In this document: one piece after another, positions 31,281-40,560 of the stretch
How the letters are laid out: each line of letters starts with the position of its first letter
How positions within the stretch are numbered: the first letter of the stretch is position 1
Assembly (NCBI GenBank): GCA_037143195.1
Contig: JBAWZD010000001.1
Coordinates: 208,892 to 272,891 of the forward strand
Reading direction: 5' to 3'
Source of the DNA: a bacterium
GTDB taxonomy: Bacteria > Patescibacteriota > Minisyncoccia > Phycocordibacterales > UBA9973
DNA length: 64,000 nt
Translations under genes and position numbers: made by a program
The notes under the pieces: model-generated
What the model saw: only the letters and a program-made list of their open reading frames with translations
Database searches by the model: none
What the model was told of the DNA's origin: nothing

Positions 31281-31285
31281 AGGAA

Positions 31286-32587
31286 TTAGTTTGTTAGATA
31301 TTCGCGAACTGATTGTCTCACTATAGCACGTTCATCCCACGGGATCGCGCCAGAAGCAGTAATCATTGTTTGCTCAGCACCTTTGCCTGAAATAATCACA
31401 ACGTCTCCGGGTTTGCCCTGTTTGAGCGCTATCATGATTGCTTCTTTTCGATCGATGTTTTTAAAGAGGTTGTTGTTTACAATAAATCCTTCGTTTTCGG
31501 CCGTCGACACAAGCTCACTGATAAGTTTTTCAGGGTCTTCGTCGTACGGATCTTCGTTGGTAATAACAAGAACGTCAGATTTTTGAGTCGCGATGCGAAT
31601 CAACGGCTTGCGCGACTCACGACCTCCGCCGATGACTCCCGTAAGTAAAATGATTCTTCCCTGTGCTCCGCACAATTTGCGTGCAGAAGTAAGGAGCGCT
31701 CCCATACTTGCCGGCTCGTGCGCATAATCAATCAAAACTGAGAATGGTTGCCCTTCATCAATGAGCTCCATTCGTCCAGGAATAACGGCAAGCGTATCAA
31801 GCCCTTTTTGAATATCTTTGACCGAGACTCCGAGTACTGTCCCTACGACACAGGCTGGAAGTGCGTTGTACACATTAAACAATCCAGGGATTGATAAATG
31901 CATTTTTTCTCCTGATACGACAAACCGTGTTCCTGTTTTTTCCTCGATGATTGCTGTCGCGCGGATTTCACCTGAAGTGATACCGTAGGTGATTTTTTGA
32001 TCGGCAGGGAATGAAAGATAGTATTCTGAGTGCTCACTATCAGCGTTTGCGATGATGACGCGAGTAATTGTTTTGCCACCAATTATTTTTGCTGGATGAT
32101 TGAGTGCGTCACGAAATAGCGGTGCTTTGGCTTTTTTATATTCTTCAAAACTATTTCCATGCGACGCAAGATGCTCTGGTGTTAGATTTGTAAATACAGC
32201 AATGTCGACAGGAATGCCCAAGTGACGGTATTGCTTCATTCCTTCAGATGTCATTTCCATACACACGACAGTGATGCCTGCATCAAGCATTTCGCGCATT
32301 TTTTGCTGAATCAAAAATGGGTCAGGCATCGTCATGTGATATGGATTTGGTTCTTCGACTTCTCCAATGCGGAAATTCGCACTTGAAATCAAACCAGCTG
32401 AGTATCCACCAGCTGAAAGCACGCTCCATGTATAGTTGGCGGTGGATGTCTTGCCTTTTGTGCCAGTAATACCGACGACAATCATTTTTTCAGCCGGAAA
32501 TCCATACTGAAATGCTGCACTAAAACCGCGCATTCGATGATATGCGCGCTTCAACCATTCTGGGGCCTTTTGTTTGAGTGATTTCAT
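31286..32587 (-). CDS. murE: UDP-MurNAc-tripeptide synthetase
   Basis: GITGTKGKTST, FTNLTPEHL, PGRME and DYAH; EDPY in place of DNPR. Confidence 0.88.
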   Translation of the reverse strand: MKSLKQKAPEWLKRAYHRMRGFSAAFQYGFPAEKMIVVGITGTKGKTSTANYTWSVLSAGGYSAGLISSANFRIGEVEEPNPYHMTMPDPFLIQQKMREMLDAGITVVCMEMTSEGMKQYRHLGIPVDIAVFTNLTPEHLASHGNSFEEYKKAKAPLFRDALNHPAKIIGGKTITRVIIANADSEHSEYYLSFPADQKITYGITSGEIRATAIIEEKTGTRFVVSGEKMHLSIPGLFNVYNALPACVVGTVLGVSVKDIQKGLDTLAVIPGRMELIDEGQPFSVLIDYAHEPASMGALLTSARKLCGAQGRIILLTGVIGGGRESRKPLIRIATQKSDVLVITNEDPYDEDPEKLISELVSTAENEGFIVNNNLFKNIDRKEAIMIALKQGKPGDVVIISGKGAEQTMITASGAIPWDERAIVRQSVREYLTN

Positions 32588-33525
32588 TTGCAGTTATTCG
32601 GTAATCCTTGCTCAGCTGTCGTATAGATGTTGGCGGCGTTGTACAAAGTGACAATATCAGAAAATCTGCCCAAAACCGTAGATCCGAGGACAACAGCTCC
32701 GAGGGTATGCCCTGTAGGGCCTTGCCAGAGAATGGCCAAATTGCCCCCAGCCGTATCAGTATACCCTGTTTTCGATGCCTTCAAAAGTGCCAATTTATTA
32801 AGCACCTGATCAGTATTTGTGAGCGAAATTGCGCGTCCACTTCGTGACCGAATCGTCGTCGACGGGATTGTTCCAAAAGAAAATACGTCGGGCATCTCAA
32901 GTGCGTCTCGATACAAAAGCGTGAGTATGTCGTGAGCGCTCCCCACCGCCGTTGGCTGATTGGTATCAGTATCAAGACCGCTCACACTGTCATAATGCAA
33001 AGTTGGTAACTGCAAATTTTGCGCCTCAAAATTCATTAGCGATATGAAATGACTTGGATCGAGCTTTGTACTTCGCGCGACCATCATCGCCGCGTTGTTT
33101 GACGATGCGATGAGTGTTGCTTTGATAATGTCTTTCAAAGAAAATACATCACCTGCAACGAAACCTGAATTCGCATCAAAGGTGATGTCTGCTGGTTTGA
33201 TTTGATACGTATCATCAAGTGATACCGACTTCAACGCAACGCGCACTGTCATTAGTTTGGTGAGCGAGGCAAGCGGAAGTGGCAGCGCATCGTTTTCAGT
33301 GTAGATAGGTCGATCCGTTGTGAAATCAAACACATTGACTGCATGAGCAAGCAACTTGCCCGAGATAGAGTCGAGAAGATTGCGCGAAAGAATCGTTTTC
33401 ATTTCGCGGCAGGCATTTTCTTGTTCGATTTTTTTGTGACCGTTTACGTTGAGTATCGCAACTGATCCCAAAAAAATAAGAATACAAAGATATTTAAGTA
33501 GTTGATTGTTCCCCGTTTTCTCCAT
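32584..33525 (-). CDS. Serine D-Ala-D-Ala carboxypeptidase (S11)
   Basis: ASLTK (SxxK), SSN and KTG; N-terminal TM; start uncertain. Confidence 0.88.
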   Translation of the reverse strand: MEKTGNNQLLKYLCILIFLGSVAILNVNGHKKIEQENACREMKTILSRNLLDSISGKLLAHAVNVFDFTTDRPIYTENDALPLPLASLTKLMTVRVALKSVSLDDTYQIKPADITFDANSGFVAGDVFSLKDIIKATLIASSNNAAMMVARSTKLDPSHFISLMNFEAQNLQLPTLHYDSVSGLDTDTNQPTAVGSAHDILTLLYRDALEMPDVFSFGTIPSTTIRSRSGRAISLTNTDQVLNKLALLKASKTGYTDTAGGNLAILWQGPTGHTLGAVVLGSTVLGRFSDIVTLYNAANIYTTAEQGLPNNCK

Positions 33526-34063
33526 TTGTTTCAATTTCTGCGCCGACTGATGCCTTGGCAAGCTCTCCGTTGATACGTTCGTAGTCAGGCAGGCCCTTTA
33601 CATTTTCAGCACCAAGCGTTGCAAGTAATGCAACAGTTGGCGTGTACATGAATCGCTTTCTGTCTCGTGGATATACTTTGCGTTCGATGAGTCCTCGCAC
33701 GAGGAGCGAACGGAGAATGAATCCTGAGTTTACTCCACGGATGTAATCAATCTTGCCACGAGTCACCTCATCACCATACATGATGATCGAGAGCGTTTCG
33801 ATGGATGCTTTTGAAAGACCTTTACTCAGTTCTTCTTTATAAATTTTTTCCAGAACATTGCTCGCCTCTTTGTGTGTGCCGAGAGTAATTGAATCACCTG
33901 CTCGCATGACGACGATACCACGACCGTCCATCGACGCTTCGAGTTCGGCAATAGCATCGGCGGTCTCCTGTCCTCCGAGATTGAGTGCCTTTGCAAGCTC
34001 CACCAGCGTCCATGGTTCTGCGCGAGAAAACAAAAGTGCTTCAACAAGACTAGAATTTTTCAT
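33494..34063 (-). CDS. scpB: SMC-Scp complex subunit ScpB
   Basis: VEALLF, LSKASIETLSII and IDYIRGVNS. Confidence 0.94.
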   Translation of the reverse strand: MKNSSLVEALLFSRAEPWTLVELAKALNLGGQETADAIAELEASMDGRGIVVMRAGDSITLGTHKEASNVLEKIYKEELSKGLSKASIETLSIIMYGDEVTRGKIDYIRGVNSGFILRSLLVRGLIERKVYPRDRKRFMYTPTVALLATLGAENVKGLPDYERINGELAKASVGAEIETNGENGEQSTT

Positions 34064-34065
34064 AC

Positions 34066-34818
34066 TTATACTTCTTGATTAGTTACTTTGCGTAATTCGA
34101 TATCTTCAAAATCAGTTGACTGCAGTGCGTCCATCATTCCTTGGCGGACAAGTTCGAGCATGGCAAGGAACGACACGATGACGTTACTCTTCATCGCCTC
34201 ACGATCAGATCCGGTGACAGTCTTTTGCCATTCACGAAACGAAATTCGTGATGCAGTCGCAACACGCTCCGCCAGACTTGAGAGCATTTCATCGATACTA
34301 ATAATCTTGCGAACTCGCACTTGTGGCAAAACTTCTTCTTTTGGAACACGTCCGATACATTCAAGCGCCGAGCTTGCAAGTTGTGCGGAAGACAAATTTG
34401 GATCAGGTGCAAACACTGCGGTGAATAGTTCACGCTCGACAGGTAATCGGATCGTTGTTTTTCCGTAGTGTTCGCTGAGCGACACACTAATCTCGCGAAT
34501 CATTGCATAGAGTGCGAGTCGTGATTCGAGGTCTTGAATATCTTGCTCTTCTTCTTTGGTTACAAGGAATCCGGGGAGCAATGAGCGACTCTTGATCAGA
34601 ATAAGTGTCGCAGCGATGGCGAGGAATGACGTCAGTTCAGTCAGATCATTTTTGGGCAAACTTCGCGCGAATGCGAGATAGTCATCGGTCACACCTGCAA
34701 GCGAGATTTCATTGATGAAGAGTTTCTTTCCTTCGACAAGATTGAGCAGAAGCTCGAGCGGGCCCTCGAAAGCGCTGGTTTTGACGGTATAGCTTGAGGC
34801 GACAGCTGTTTCTTCCAT
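34066..34818 (-). CDS. scpA: Segregation/condensation protein ScpA
   Basis: FEGPLELLL, IKSRSLLP and FLAMLELVR. Confidence 0.95.
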   Translation of the reverse strand: MEETAVASSYTVKTSAFEGPLELLLNLVEGKKLFINEISLAGVTDDYLAFARSLPKNDLTELTSFLAIAATLILIKSRSLLPGFLVTKEEEQDIQDLESRLALYAMIREISVSLSEHYGKTTIRLPVERELFTAVFAPDPNLSSAQLASSALECIGRVPKEEVLPQVRVRKIISIDEMLSSLAERVATASRISFREWQKTVTGSDREAMKSNVIVSFLAMLELVRQGMMDALQSTDFEDIELRKVTNQEV

Positions 34819-34933
34819 ATAATCTGCTATTTTAGACTATTTCCACCGTTCTCACAAACAGGTCACTAAATGTAATTATGCACAAAATCATTGACGTGCA
34901 CGGTAGAACTGCTACAGTATTCTCCATACCAAA

Positions 34934-36043
34934 ATGAATACATCAAACTTACTCAAAGATATTCTCAAAATCGCTTCTCTCTCAAGTCATGAGCGCAATC
35001 TCGCGGACTATCTTTTTACCAATTTGCTTGTTGTGGGATTGAAACCAATCAAGCACGAAGGCAATGTGTACGCACGAATTGCAGGCGTTGATACGACTCA
35101 AGCGGTCATTTTTAATGCACATATGGACACGGTATCTCCGGGCGCACTTTCGCTTTGGAAATTCCCTCCCTACGGCAAGGAGGGTGGAATCGAAATTGAC
35201 GGCAAGGCCTACGGACTCGGAGCAAGTGATGCAAAAGGTAGTCTTGCTTCCCTGCTCGTGCTCAGTGAGCAGTGCATGGCTTCACAACCAGCTATTGATG
35301 TCTGGATTGTGTTTGCATGCAAAGAAGAAACTGGTGGAGACGGAACAAAATCATTCCTTGCTTGGTTTACTGAAAAAAAGTGGCTCGAGAAATACACTGA
35401 AATTTCTGCCGTTGTTTGTGGACCAACAAACATGAAAGAAATTCACCTCGGGCACCGTGGTAACGTCCACGCCGAAATTACGGTGAACGGTGACGGAGGA
35501 CACGGATCACAACCTGAACTCATCAAGAAACATGCAATCCTCGAAGCGATGAAAATTGTCGACGAATTGAAGAAGCTTGAAATCGAACTCGGTCAAAAAT
35601 ATGCCGACGCAGTGCTTGGCAAACCTTCCATCGGTATTACTTCCATCCAAGCTGGTGACCCCATCGCACCAAACAAGTTTCCCGATACCTGTTCGTTCAC
35701 CGTTGATATCCGCACGACGCCGAGCCTTCACAAGAGTGCGTTTGAAATCGTTGAGAATCTTTGCAAGAAATCAGGTGCTCATGTTCGTGTGATTTACACG
35801 CCATCACCACCCGGACATACAGATCCAAAAGCAAAAATTGTTGTGTCCGCCAAAAAGCTTGTATCAAAAATTGGTCTTGCGAAGGATTCTACCGACCTCT
35901 GTTTCTTCTCTGAGATTGGCATCCCCGGCATAATTCTCGGCCCTGGCGATCAGGCTATCAGTCACAAACCAAATGAATATTGCGAGATTAAAATAGTTGA
36001 ACAGGCCACACAAGTATATCAAAAACTTATTCAATCACTGTAA
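34934..36043 (+). CDS. M20 family metallopeptidase/deacylase (ArgE/DapE-like)
   Basis: NAHMDTV, GLGASDAKG, EETGG and GPG....H..NE. Confidence 0.88.
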   Translation: MNTSNLLKDILKIASLSSHERNLADYLFTNLLVVGLKPIKHEGNVYARIAGVDTTQAVIFNAHMDTVSPGALSLWKFPPYGKEGGIEIDGKAYGLGASDAKGSLASLLVLSEQCMASQPAIDVWIVFACKEETGGDGTKSFLAWFTEKKWLEKYTEISAVVCGPTNMKEIHLGHRGNVHAEITVNGDGGHGSQPELIKKHAILEAMKIVDELKKLEIELGQKYADAVLGKPSIGITSIQAGDPIAPNKFPDTCSFTVDIRTTPSLHKSAFEIVENLCKKSGAHVRVIYTPSPPGHTDPKAKIVVSAKKLVSKIGLAKDSTDLCFFSEIGIPGIILGPGDQAISHKPNEYCEIKIVEQATQVYQKLIQSL

Positions 36044-36057
36044 CTGCGACATACGTA

Positions 36058-36087
36058 GCAAAAATGACCCATTTGGGTCATTTTTGC
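36058..36087. terminator. Bidirectional terminator
   Basis: gcaaaaatgaccc-attt-gggtcatttttgc. Confidence 0.75.
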
Positions 36088-36102
36088 GTTTGATCGAGAT
36101 GC

Positions 36103-36216
36103 TTACGCAGCTGTTTCAGGAGTTGTCTCGACAGGCGCTTCTGTTGTCGGTGTCTCAAGTGTCGCTTCTGGTGTCTCTACCGGTGTAGCGACTGGAGTCG
36201 TTGTTTCGTCTGTCAT
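36103..36216 (-). CDS. Putative 37-aa Thr/Pro/Glu-rich peptide
   Basis: Manual translation: MTDETTTPVATPVETPEATLETPTTEAPVETTPETAA*; ends just before the terminator. Confidence 0.5.
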   Translation of the reverse strand: MTDETTTPVATPVETPEATLETPTTEAPVETTPETAA

Positions 36217-36304
36217 AGAATACTTCGTTCGTTAGTTACTAAGGTGCTTAGCGTAGCACCTATCACGCAGATGTCCTAACTTTTTCGAATCCACACAACT
36301 TTTG

Positions 36305-36334
36305 TTGACGACAGTGCTGTAGTTTGCTAAAGTA
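36305..36334 (+). promoter_or_regulatory. Promoter with overlapping HisR/TrpR-type operator
   Basis: TTGACG-17nt-TAAAGT lies 6 nt before the ATG. The imperfect palindrome TGCTGTAG-TTTG-CTAAAGTA (36315-36334) resembles HisR-type ACTTTA-N8-TAAAGT boxes. Confidence 0.65.
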
Positions 36335-36339
36335 GCAGT

Positions 36340-36684
36340 ATGAACGGTTTCGAGAATAAGAAAACACAAAAACTCGTCGAAGCAGTACTTTCGCTCAAGA
36401 CGACCGCAGAAGCGGAACGTTTTTTGCGCGACCTGCTCACCGAGCCTGAGATTGCTGAATTTGGCAATCGCTACCGAGCCGCAGAAATGCTTACCGACAA
36501 GCTCCCCTACACGCAGATAGAAAAAGAGACCGGTTTGTCGTCGACAACTATCGCCCGCGTCTCAAAATGGCTCAACGCAGGCGGCGACGGCTACAAAGTC
36601 GTCATCGCTCGCCTCAACAAAAAGCATCACCATCATACTCCAACCCGTGTCGGGAAAGGATTGTCTTTGCGCAAGAAAAAATAG
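36340..36684 (+). CDS. TrpR-like YerC/YecD (HisR-type) repressor with His4 tail
   Basis: FLRDLLT..EI, Y..I...TGLSSTTIARVSKWL..G..GY; C-terminus is KKHHHHTPTRVGKGLS. Confidence 0.9.
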   Translation: MNGFENKKTQKLVEAVLSLKTTAEAERFLRDLLTEPEIAEFGNRYRAAEMLTDKLPYTQIEKETGLSSTTIARVSKWLNAGGDGYKVVIARLNKKHHHHTPTRVGKGLSLRKKK

Positions 36685-36730
36685 CTCTGCGCCGAAGCTA
36701 GCCCTGTCCCGATACTCGGGACAGGGCTTT
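36625..36730 (+). promoter_or_regulatory. Putative histidine attenuator embedded in the repressor 3' end
   Basis: Four His codons, then segment 36647-36659 complementary to 36703-36715, which overlaps the 13-bp hairpin at 36700-36728. Confidence 0.55.
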
Positions 36731-36766
36731 AAACAATATTCATTCACATCATAAATAGAGAAACAC

Positions 36767-37342
36767 ATGTGTTACACAGCAACAAGTTGTAAATTTTCAA
36801 CTAACATAAACGATCATACGTGGAAGGAATACATAGTCGGTCCAAGCATCGACAGAACAAGACCCGTCGGGCCGTATTGCACAAAATGCTTGCAAACGAA
36901 AAATCAAATCGATCGGTTTCTGCATTTGCAGAAATATTTAAATCAGTCCGTAAAAAACCAAGAAATCTCGGAGCTGAAATCAATCGATAGTCTTAATGGG
37001 CAAAATGCGGACATGGTCACAAAATTTCTTATTGAGTATACCCGCACATATATGCTTACTGAGGATGATTACAAGTATGTTTCTGGATTTGTGCTACAAG
37101 CAGTACCCAGATGTTCAGATAGTTTTCTTGTTAACGAATACGAAAATCTTTTTATCTGGCACTGGAGAATTTTGGCACTAATTCAACCGCTATGGTTGAG
37201 TACCATTCGAGAAAGGTCAATTACTGGGCTCCTTTCGGAAAAAATTAAGGACAGTCGTTGGGTTGATAATAATTTTACAAAAATTATTCATCCCTCGATT
37301 ACTGGTCATGGTACAGCTGATCCGCAAGGATGTTACCACTAG
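36767..37342 (+). CDS. Hypothetical protein (ORFan-like)
   Basis: 191-aa AT-rich ORF with N-terminal Cys residues (CTKC); no family recognised. Confidence 0.55.
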   Translation: MCYTATSCKFSTNINDHTWKEYIVGPSIDRTRPVGPYCTKCLQTKNQIDRFLHLQKYLNQSVKNQEISELKSIDSLNGQNADMVTKFLIEYTRTYMLTEDDYKYVSGFVLQAVPRCSDSFLVNEYENLFIWHWRILALIQPLWLSTIRERSITGLLSEKIKDSRWVDNNFTKIIHPSITGHGTADPQGCYH

Positions 37343-37491
37343 TTGTGCACAAATTACCGATAAACCCTGCACAACGCGGGGTTTATTATATTCTATTGTT
37401 AGGCTTTTGTTTTTTCACCGCTGAAAAAGCCGGTCGTCCTCTTGTCTTACCGAAAATAAAACAGCAAGAATGAATTATTTTATAACTGAAT

Positions 37492-38346
37492 ATGGAATTC
37501 AACCAATCAATGAAAGTGCTTTTCACTGATAACAATGAAGTCAGGCACGTCATCGGACAAATTCGTCCGCAAGAAAAAATACTCATTACATGCGAAGTTG
37601 TGTATGGGTTTGAGATACCGCTGAGTGTTCTTTCTTACATTGCACCAGTAATGAGACTCGCCTCGAACATATCTCAAGCTGAGGTAATCTTCGTAATGAA
37701 GCCTTACTTGTGCACCGGGTACTCACTCAGCGAGATGAAGTACGGTGGAATGCTCGTTAGCACGCATTTCACGCAGTACATTCACGAGTATTATCAAGAC
37801 ATTGAGCATCGGACCAGGATGGTGCTTGATAACGTATCGTTGTCACCGATAGCTCAGGAAAAAGTGTACGACTTCTCGAATGTCCCGACGGACGAGAAGG
37901 AATTTATAAACTGGATATTTCCGAATCGGCCGTATGACTTTGATAGAATCATTCGTGTAGACACTACGAATTCAAGCTTTCAGTGGCTACCTTACTTGAA
38001 TCAAATCGCCAAGTTTAGTCTGAAAACCTGTACAGTACATCAACTCATCGCACAAGTTGACCAAGATCCTAACGAGTATTCTCGTTGTCACGAAGCATCA
38101 ATCTATAATTCTCAATTATGCGAGTTATACCCGTATGGATTGCCGGACACGTTTCAAGATTTGTTTTTTCAGATTACGAAATTCAATTCTGAACATCAAC
38201 AATCACGATTGAACAAAAATTACACTATTTTATTGCAGGACTTTGCAAAAACTAGGATATTTTACCCCGAAGGACGGATAAATGAGCAAACTCTAGCTGA
38301 TGGCTATACCCAAATGCAAAAGTTTGCGAATAAATGGATAAAATAA
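37492..38346 (+). CDS. Hypothetical protein (ORFan-like)
   Basis: 284-aa ORF ending at a terminator; no family recognised. Confidence 0.6.
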   Translation: MEFNQSMKVLFTDNNEVRHVIGQIRPQEKILITCEVVYGFEIPLSVLSYIAPVMRLASNISQAEVIFVMKPYLCTGYSLSEMKYGGMLVSTHFTQYIHEYYQDIEHRTRMVLDNVSLSPIAQEKVYDFSNVPTDEKEFINWIFPNRPYDFDRIIRVDTTNSSFQWLPYLNQIAKFSLKTCTVHQLIAQVDQDPNEYSRCHEASIYNSQLCELYPYGLPDTFQDLFFQITKFNSEHQQSRLNKNYTILLQDFAKTRIFYPEGRINEQTLADGYTQMQKFANKWIK

Positions 38347-38363
38347 ACGAACGCTTTGAATTA

Positions 38364-38397
38364 TAAAACCCGCACGATACAAATTGTGCGGGTTTTA
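38364..38397. terminator. Bidirectional terminator
   Basis: taaaacccgcacgat / attgtgcgggtttta. Confidence 0.75.
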
Positions 38398-38408
38398 ATC
38401 TGCGTGTC

Positions 38409-38651
38409 TTAACGATTGTGAACCGGAAAGGTAAATCCATCTACATCACGAGTATCAGGATTGCCGTCGGTGTCGACGTACTTGTCTTCGTCGTCTTCGT
38501 CGCTCTCGTCGTCATCATCGCTTGTGCGACGATTCCAATCATCGCCACCGGGAGCCTCTGGAGACAGGCCGGGTGCCGGTACTTCTTCACGTTCCGCACG
38601 AGGTGTGGTACGAGTGTCGATCAATTCAAAATAATCAGCGATTGTTTTCAT
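38409..38651 (-). CDS. Small acidic, Asp-rich hypothetical protein
   Basis: 80 aa with 17 Asp; starts 11 nt after the aspS stop, before the terminator. Confidence 0.6.
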   Translation of the reverse strand: MKTIADYFELIDTRTTPRAEREEVPAPGLSPEAPGGDDWNRRTSDDDDESDEDDEDKYVDTDGNPDTRDVDGFTFPVHNR

Positions 38652-38662
38652 GCGTGTGTTTT

Positions 38663-40051
38663 TTACTTTCTAATTTGAATACTCAATTCGCGAAGTTGTT
38701 TTTCGGACACTTCACTCGGTGAGCCCATCATCAAATCTTTGCCTTCACCAGTCTTTGGGAATGCGATGACTTCACGAATGTTTGGTTCATTTTGGAGAAG
38801 CATGACGATGCGATCGATACCTTGCGCGCATCCGCCGTGTGGTGGTGCTCCATATTCAAACGCTTGCAACATGTGTCCGAATCGAGCCTCTATTGCATCT
38901 TGTGACAATCCGAGCAATTGGAAAATCTTGTTCTGCATTTCACGCTTGTGAATACGAATTGATCCTCCTCCAAGTTCATATCCGTTGAGCACGATGTCGT
39001 ACGCATTTGCACGCGCTTGGAGTGGCGCAGTGTCAAGGAGCTCGGCATCTTCGACTTTGACCGAGGTGAATGGATGGTGCACTGCTTGCACTCCCCCTTC
39101 ATCGTCTTTTTCAAACATTGGAAAATCAACGACCCAACAGAACGCAAGCTCATTCCGATCATCCTTGTTGACGCGCATGTCGGGCTTGTCGTTACCGTAT
39201 TTCTCCATTGATTCTGCGTACGTAATACGAGGGAACGGAATTTGTTGAATTTTCTTTTCAGGATACAGCGTCTGTACCATGGCAATATACATCGCCTCTG
39301 TGTACGAGATCACGTCTTCTTGCTCGACGAACGACAATTCGTAATCGAGCTGAGTGAATTCAGGCTGGCGATCTCCGCGGGTATCTTCATCACGCATACA
39401 TCGCGCAATCTGGAAATATTTTTCAAATCCAGCAACCATTGAGAGTTGTTTGAATTGCTGTGGAGATTGTGGCAAGACATAGAAATTGCCTGGAGAAAGT
39501 CGTGAAGGAATGACATACTCGCGTGATCCTTCAGGTGTGCCCTTGGTCATCATCGGAGTTTCGATTTCGATGAAATCGTTCTGATGCATGTACTCACGGA
39601 AAAACGTGATGATCTTGTCGCGCATGCGAATATTTTTCTGCATGCGCTCACTGCGAAGATCGAGATACTTGTACTTCATACGAATATCTTCGCCGACCTG
39701 CATGGTGTCTGTGTTCAATTCAAATGGTGGCGTTTCAGATTTGTTGAGCACTTGAATTCCGGTAACTTCAAGTTCTACGTCTCCTGATGGAATATTGGGA
39801 TTGATGTTTTTCTCCGGACGTTTGTTGACCTTGCCTTCGAGACGAAGCACCCATTCTGGACGGATTTCTTTTGCGATAGTGATCGCATCAGTATGCATCG
39901 GAAGAACGATACATTGAATGATTCCTTTCATATCACGCAAATCAAAGAAGACCATCTTGCCTTGGTCTCGTCGCACATCAACCCATCCTGCGAGTACGAC
40001 AGTCTCGCCAACTTTACCCGACAACTCACTCGTGTAAATTCTATCTCTCAT
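38663..40051 (-). CDS. aspS: Aspartyl-tRNA synthetase (compact, probably non-discriminating)
   Basis: OB fold, [24 protein letters not shown] and GAPPHGG; 462 aa without the GAD insertion; start corrected to MRDRIY. Confidence 0.96.
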   Translation of the reverse strand: MRDRIYTSELSGKVGETVVLAGWVDVRRDQGKMVFFDLRDMKGIIQCIVLPMHTDAITIAKEIRPEWVLRLEGKVNKRPEKNINPNIPSGDVELEVTGIQVLNKSETPPFELNTDTMQVGEDIRMKYKYLDLRSERMQKNIRMRDKIITFFREYMHQNDFIEIETPMMTKGTPEGSREYVIPSRLSPGNFYVLPQSPQQFKQLSMVAGFEKYFQIARCMRDEDTRGDRQPEFTQLDYELSFVEQEDVISYTEAMYIAMVQTLYPEKKIQQIPFPRITYAESMEKYGNDKPDMRVNKDDRNELAFCWVVDFPMFEKDDEGGVQAVHHPFTSVKVEDAELLDTAPLQARANAYDIVLNGYELGGGSIRIHKREMQNKIFQLLGLSQDAIEARFGHMLQAFEYGAPPHGGCAQGIDRIVMLLQNEPNIREVIAFPKTGEGKDLMMGSPSEVSEKQLRELSIQIRK

Positions 40052-40069
40052 ATTTCTTGCGCCGGAGGA

Positions 40070-40266
40070 GCAAACAAAAATCGCCTCTCCAAACGTATTA
40101 TTAGTAATACATTTGTAGGGGCGATGTTTGTCGCGGTGCCACCCTACTTTTCGACTCATTGAGCGCTATGACGGGCGCACCCGAAAAGGTCTACTGGCCA
40201 AAATCTATTGCGAGCTTTTGGTTTTCTTCTTTTTGCCTCGTCCGTGTCAGCGGAGTCGACGGCATA
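40070..40266 (-). promoter_or_regulatory. T-box riboswitch (Asp), ultrashort Stem I, with terminator
   Basis: Minus strand shows AAGTAGGGTGGCACCGCG...TCGCCCCTA antiterminator, a long competing terminator, a CCGTCA Stem IIA/B motif, and a K-turn Stem I with a ctGACa loop. Confidence 0.85.
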
Positions 40267-40299
40267 CGCACTATACCACGCAAATTATAAACAGGAAAC

Positions 40300-40545
40300 C
40301 TATCGAAATCCTCCAAGTGGCGGATGGTACGCCTCCCCCATACGCTCGAGCGGAATTGAGAGAATCGACGTCACAAGGAAGAGCAAGAAGTAGAGCGGTG
40401 TAGCAAGAAAAAATGACACGCGGTCGTTCACCTGCCAATCACGGTAATGTTCTTGTAGGTACAAGAACGCCGTATTAAGTGGGTAATAAAAAATCGAAAG
40501 AATCGAAATGATAAGAATTTTGATTGCATTAATGAGGAATTCCAT
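40300..40545 (-). CDS. Small 2-TM membrane protein
   Basis: 81 aa with two hydrophobic segments; lies between trpS and the T-box. Confidence 0.55.
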   Translation of the reverse strand: MEFLINAIKILIISILSIFYYPLNTAFLYLQEHYRDWQVNDRVSFFLATPLYFLLFLVTSILSIPLERMGEAYHPPLGGFR

Positions 40546-40560
40546 ACAGTATATTGCTCG

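Noticed and set aside
40052-40159. N-terminal extension of aspS in the ORF track (498 aa)
   Set aside because: It reads through the T-box antiterminator and terminator; the AspRS-like sequence starts at 40051.
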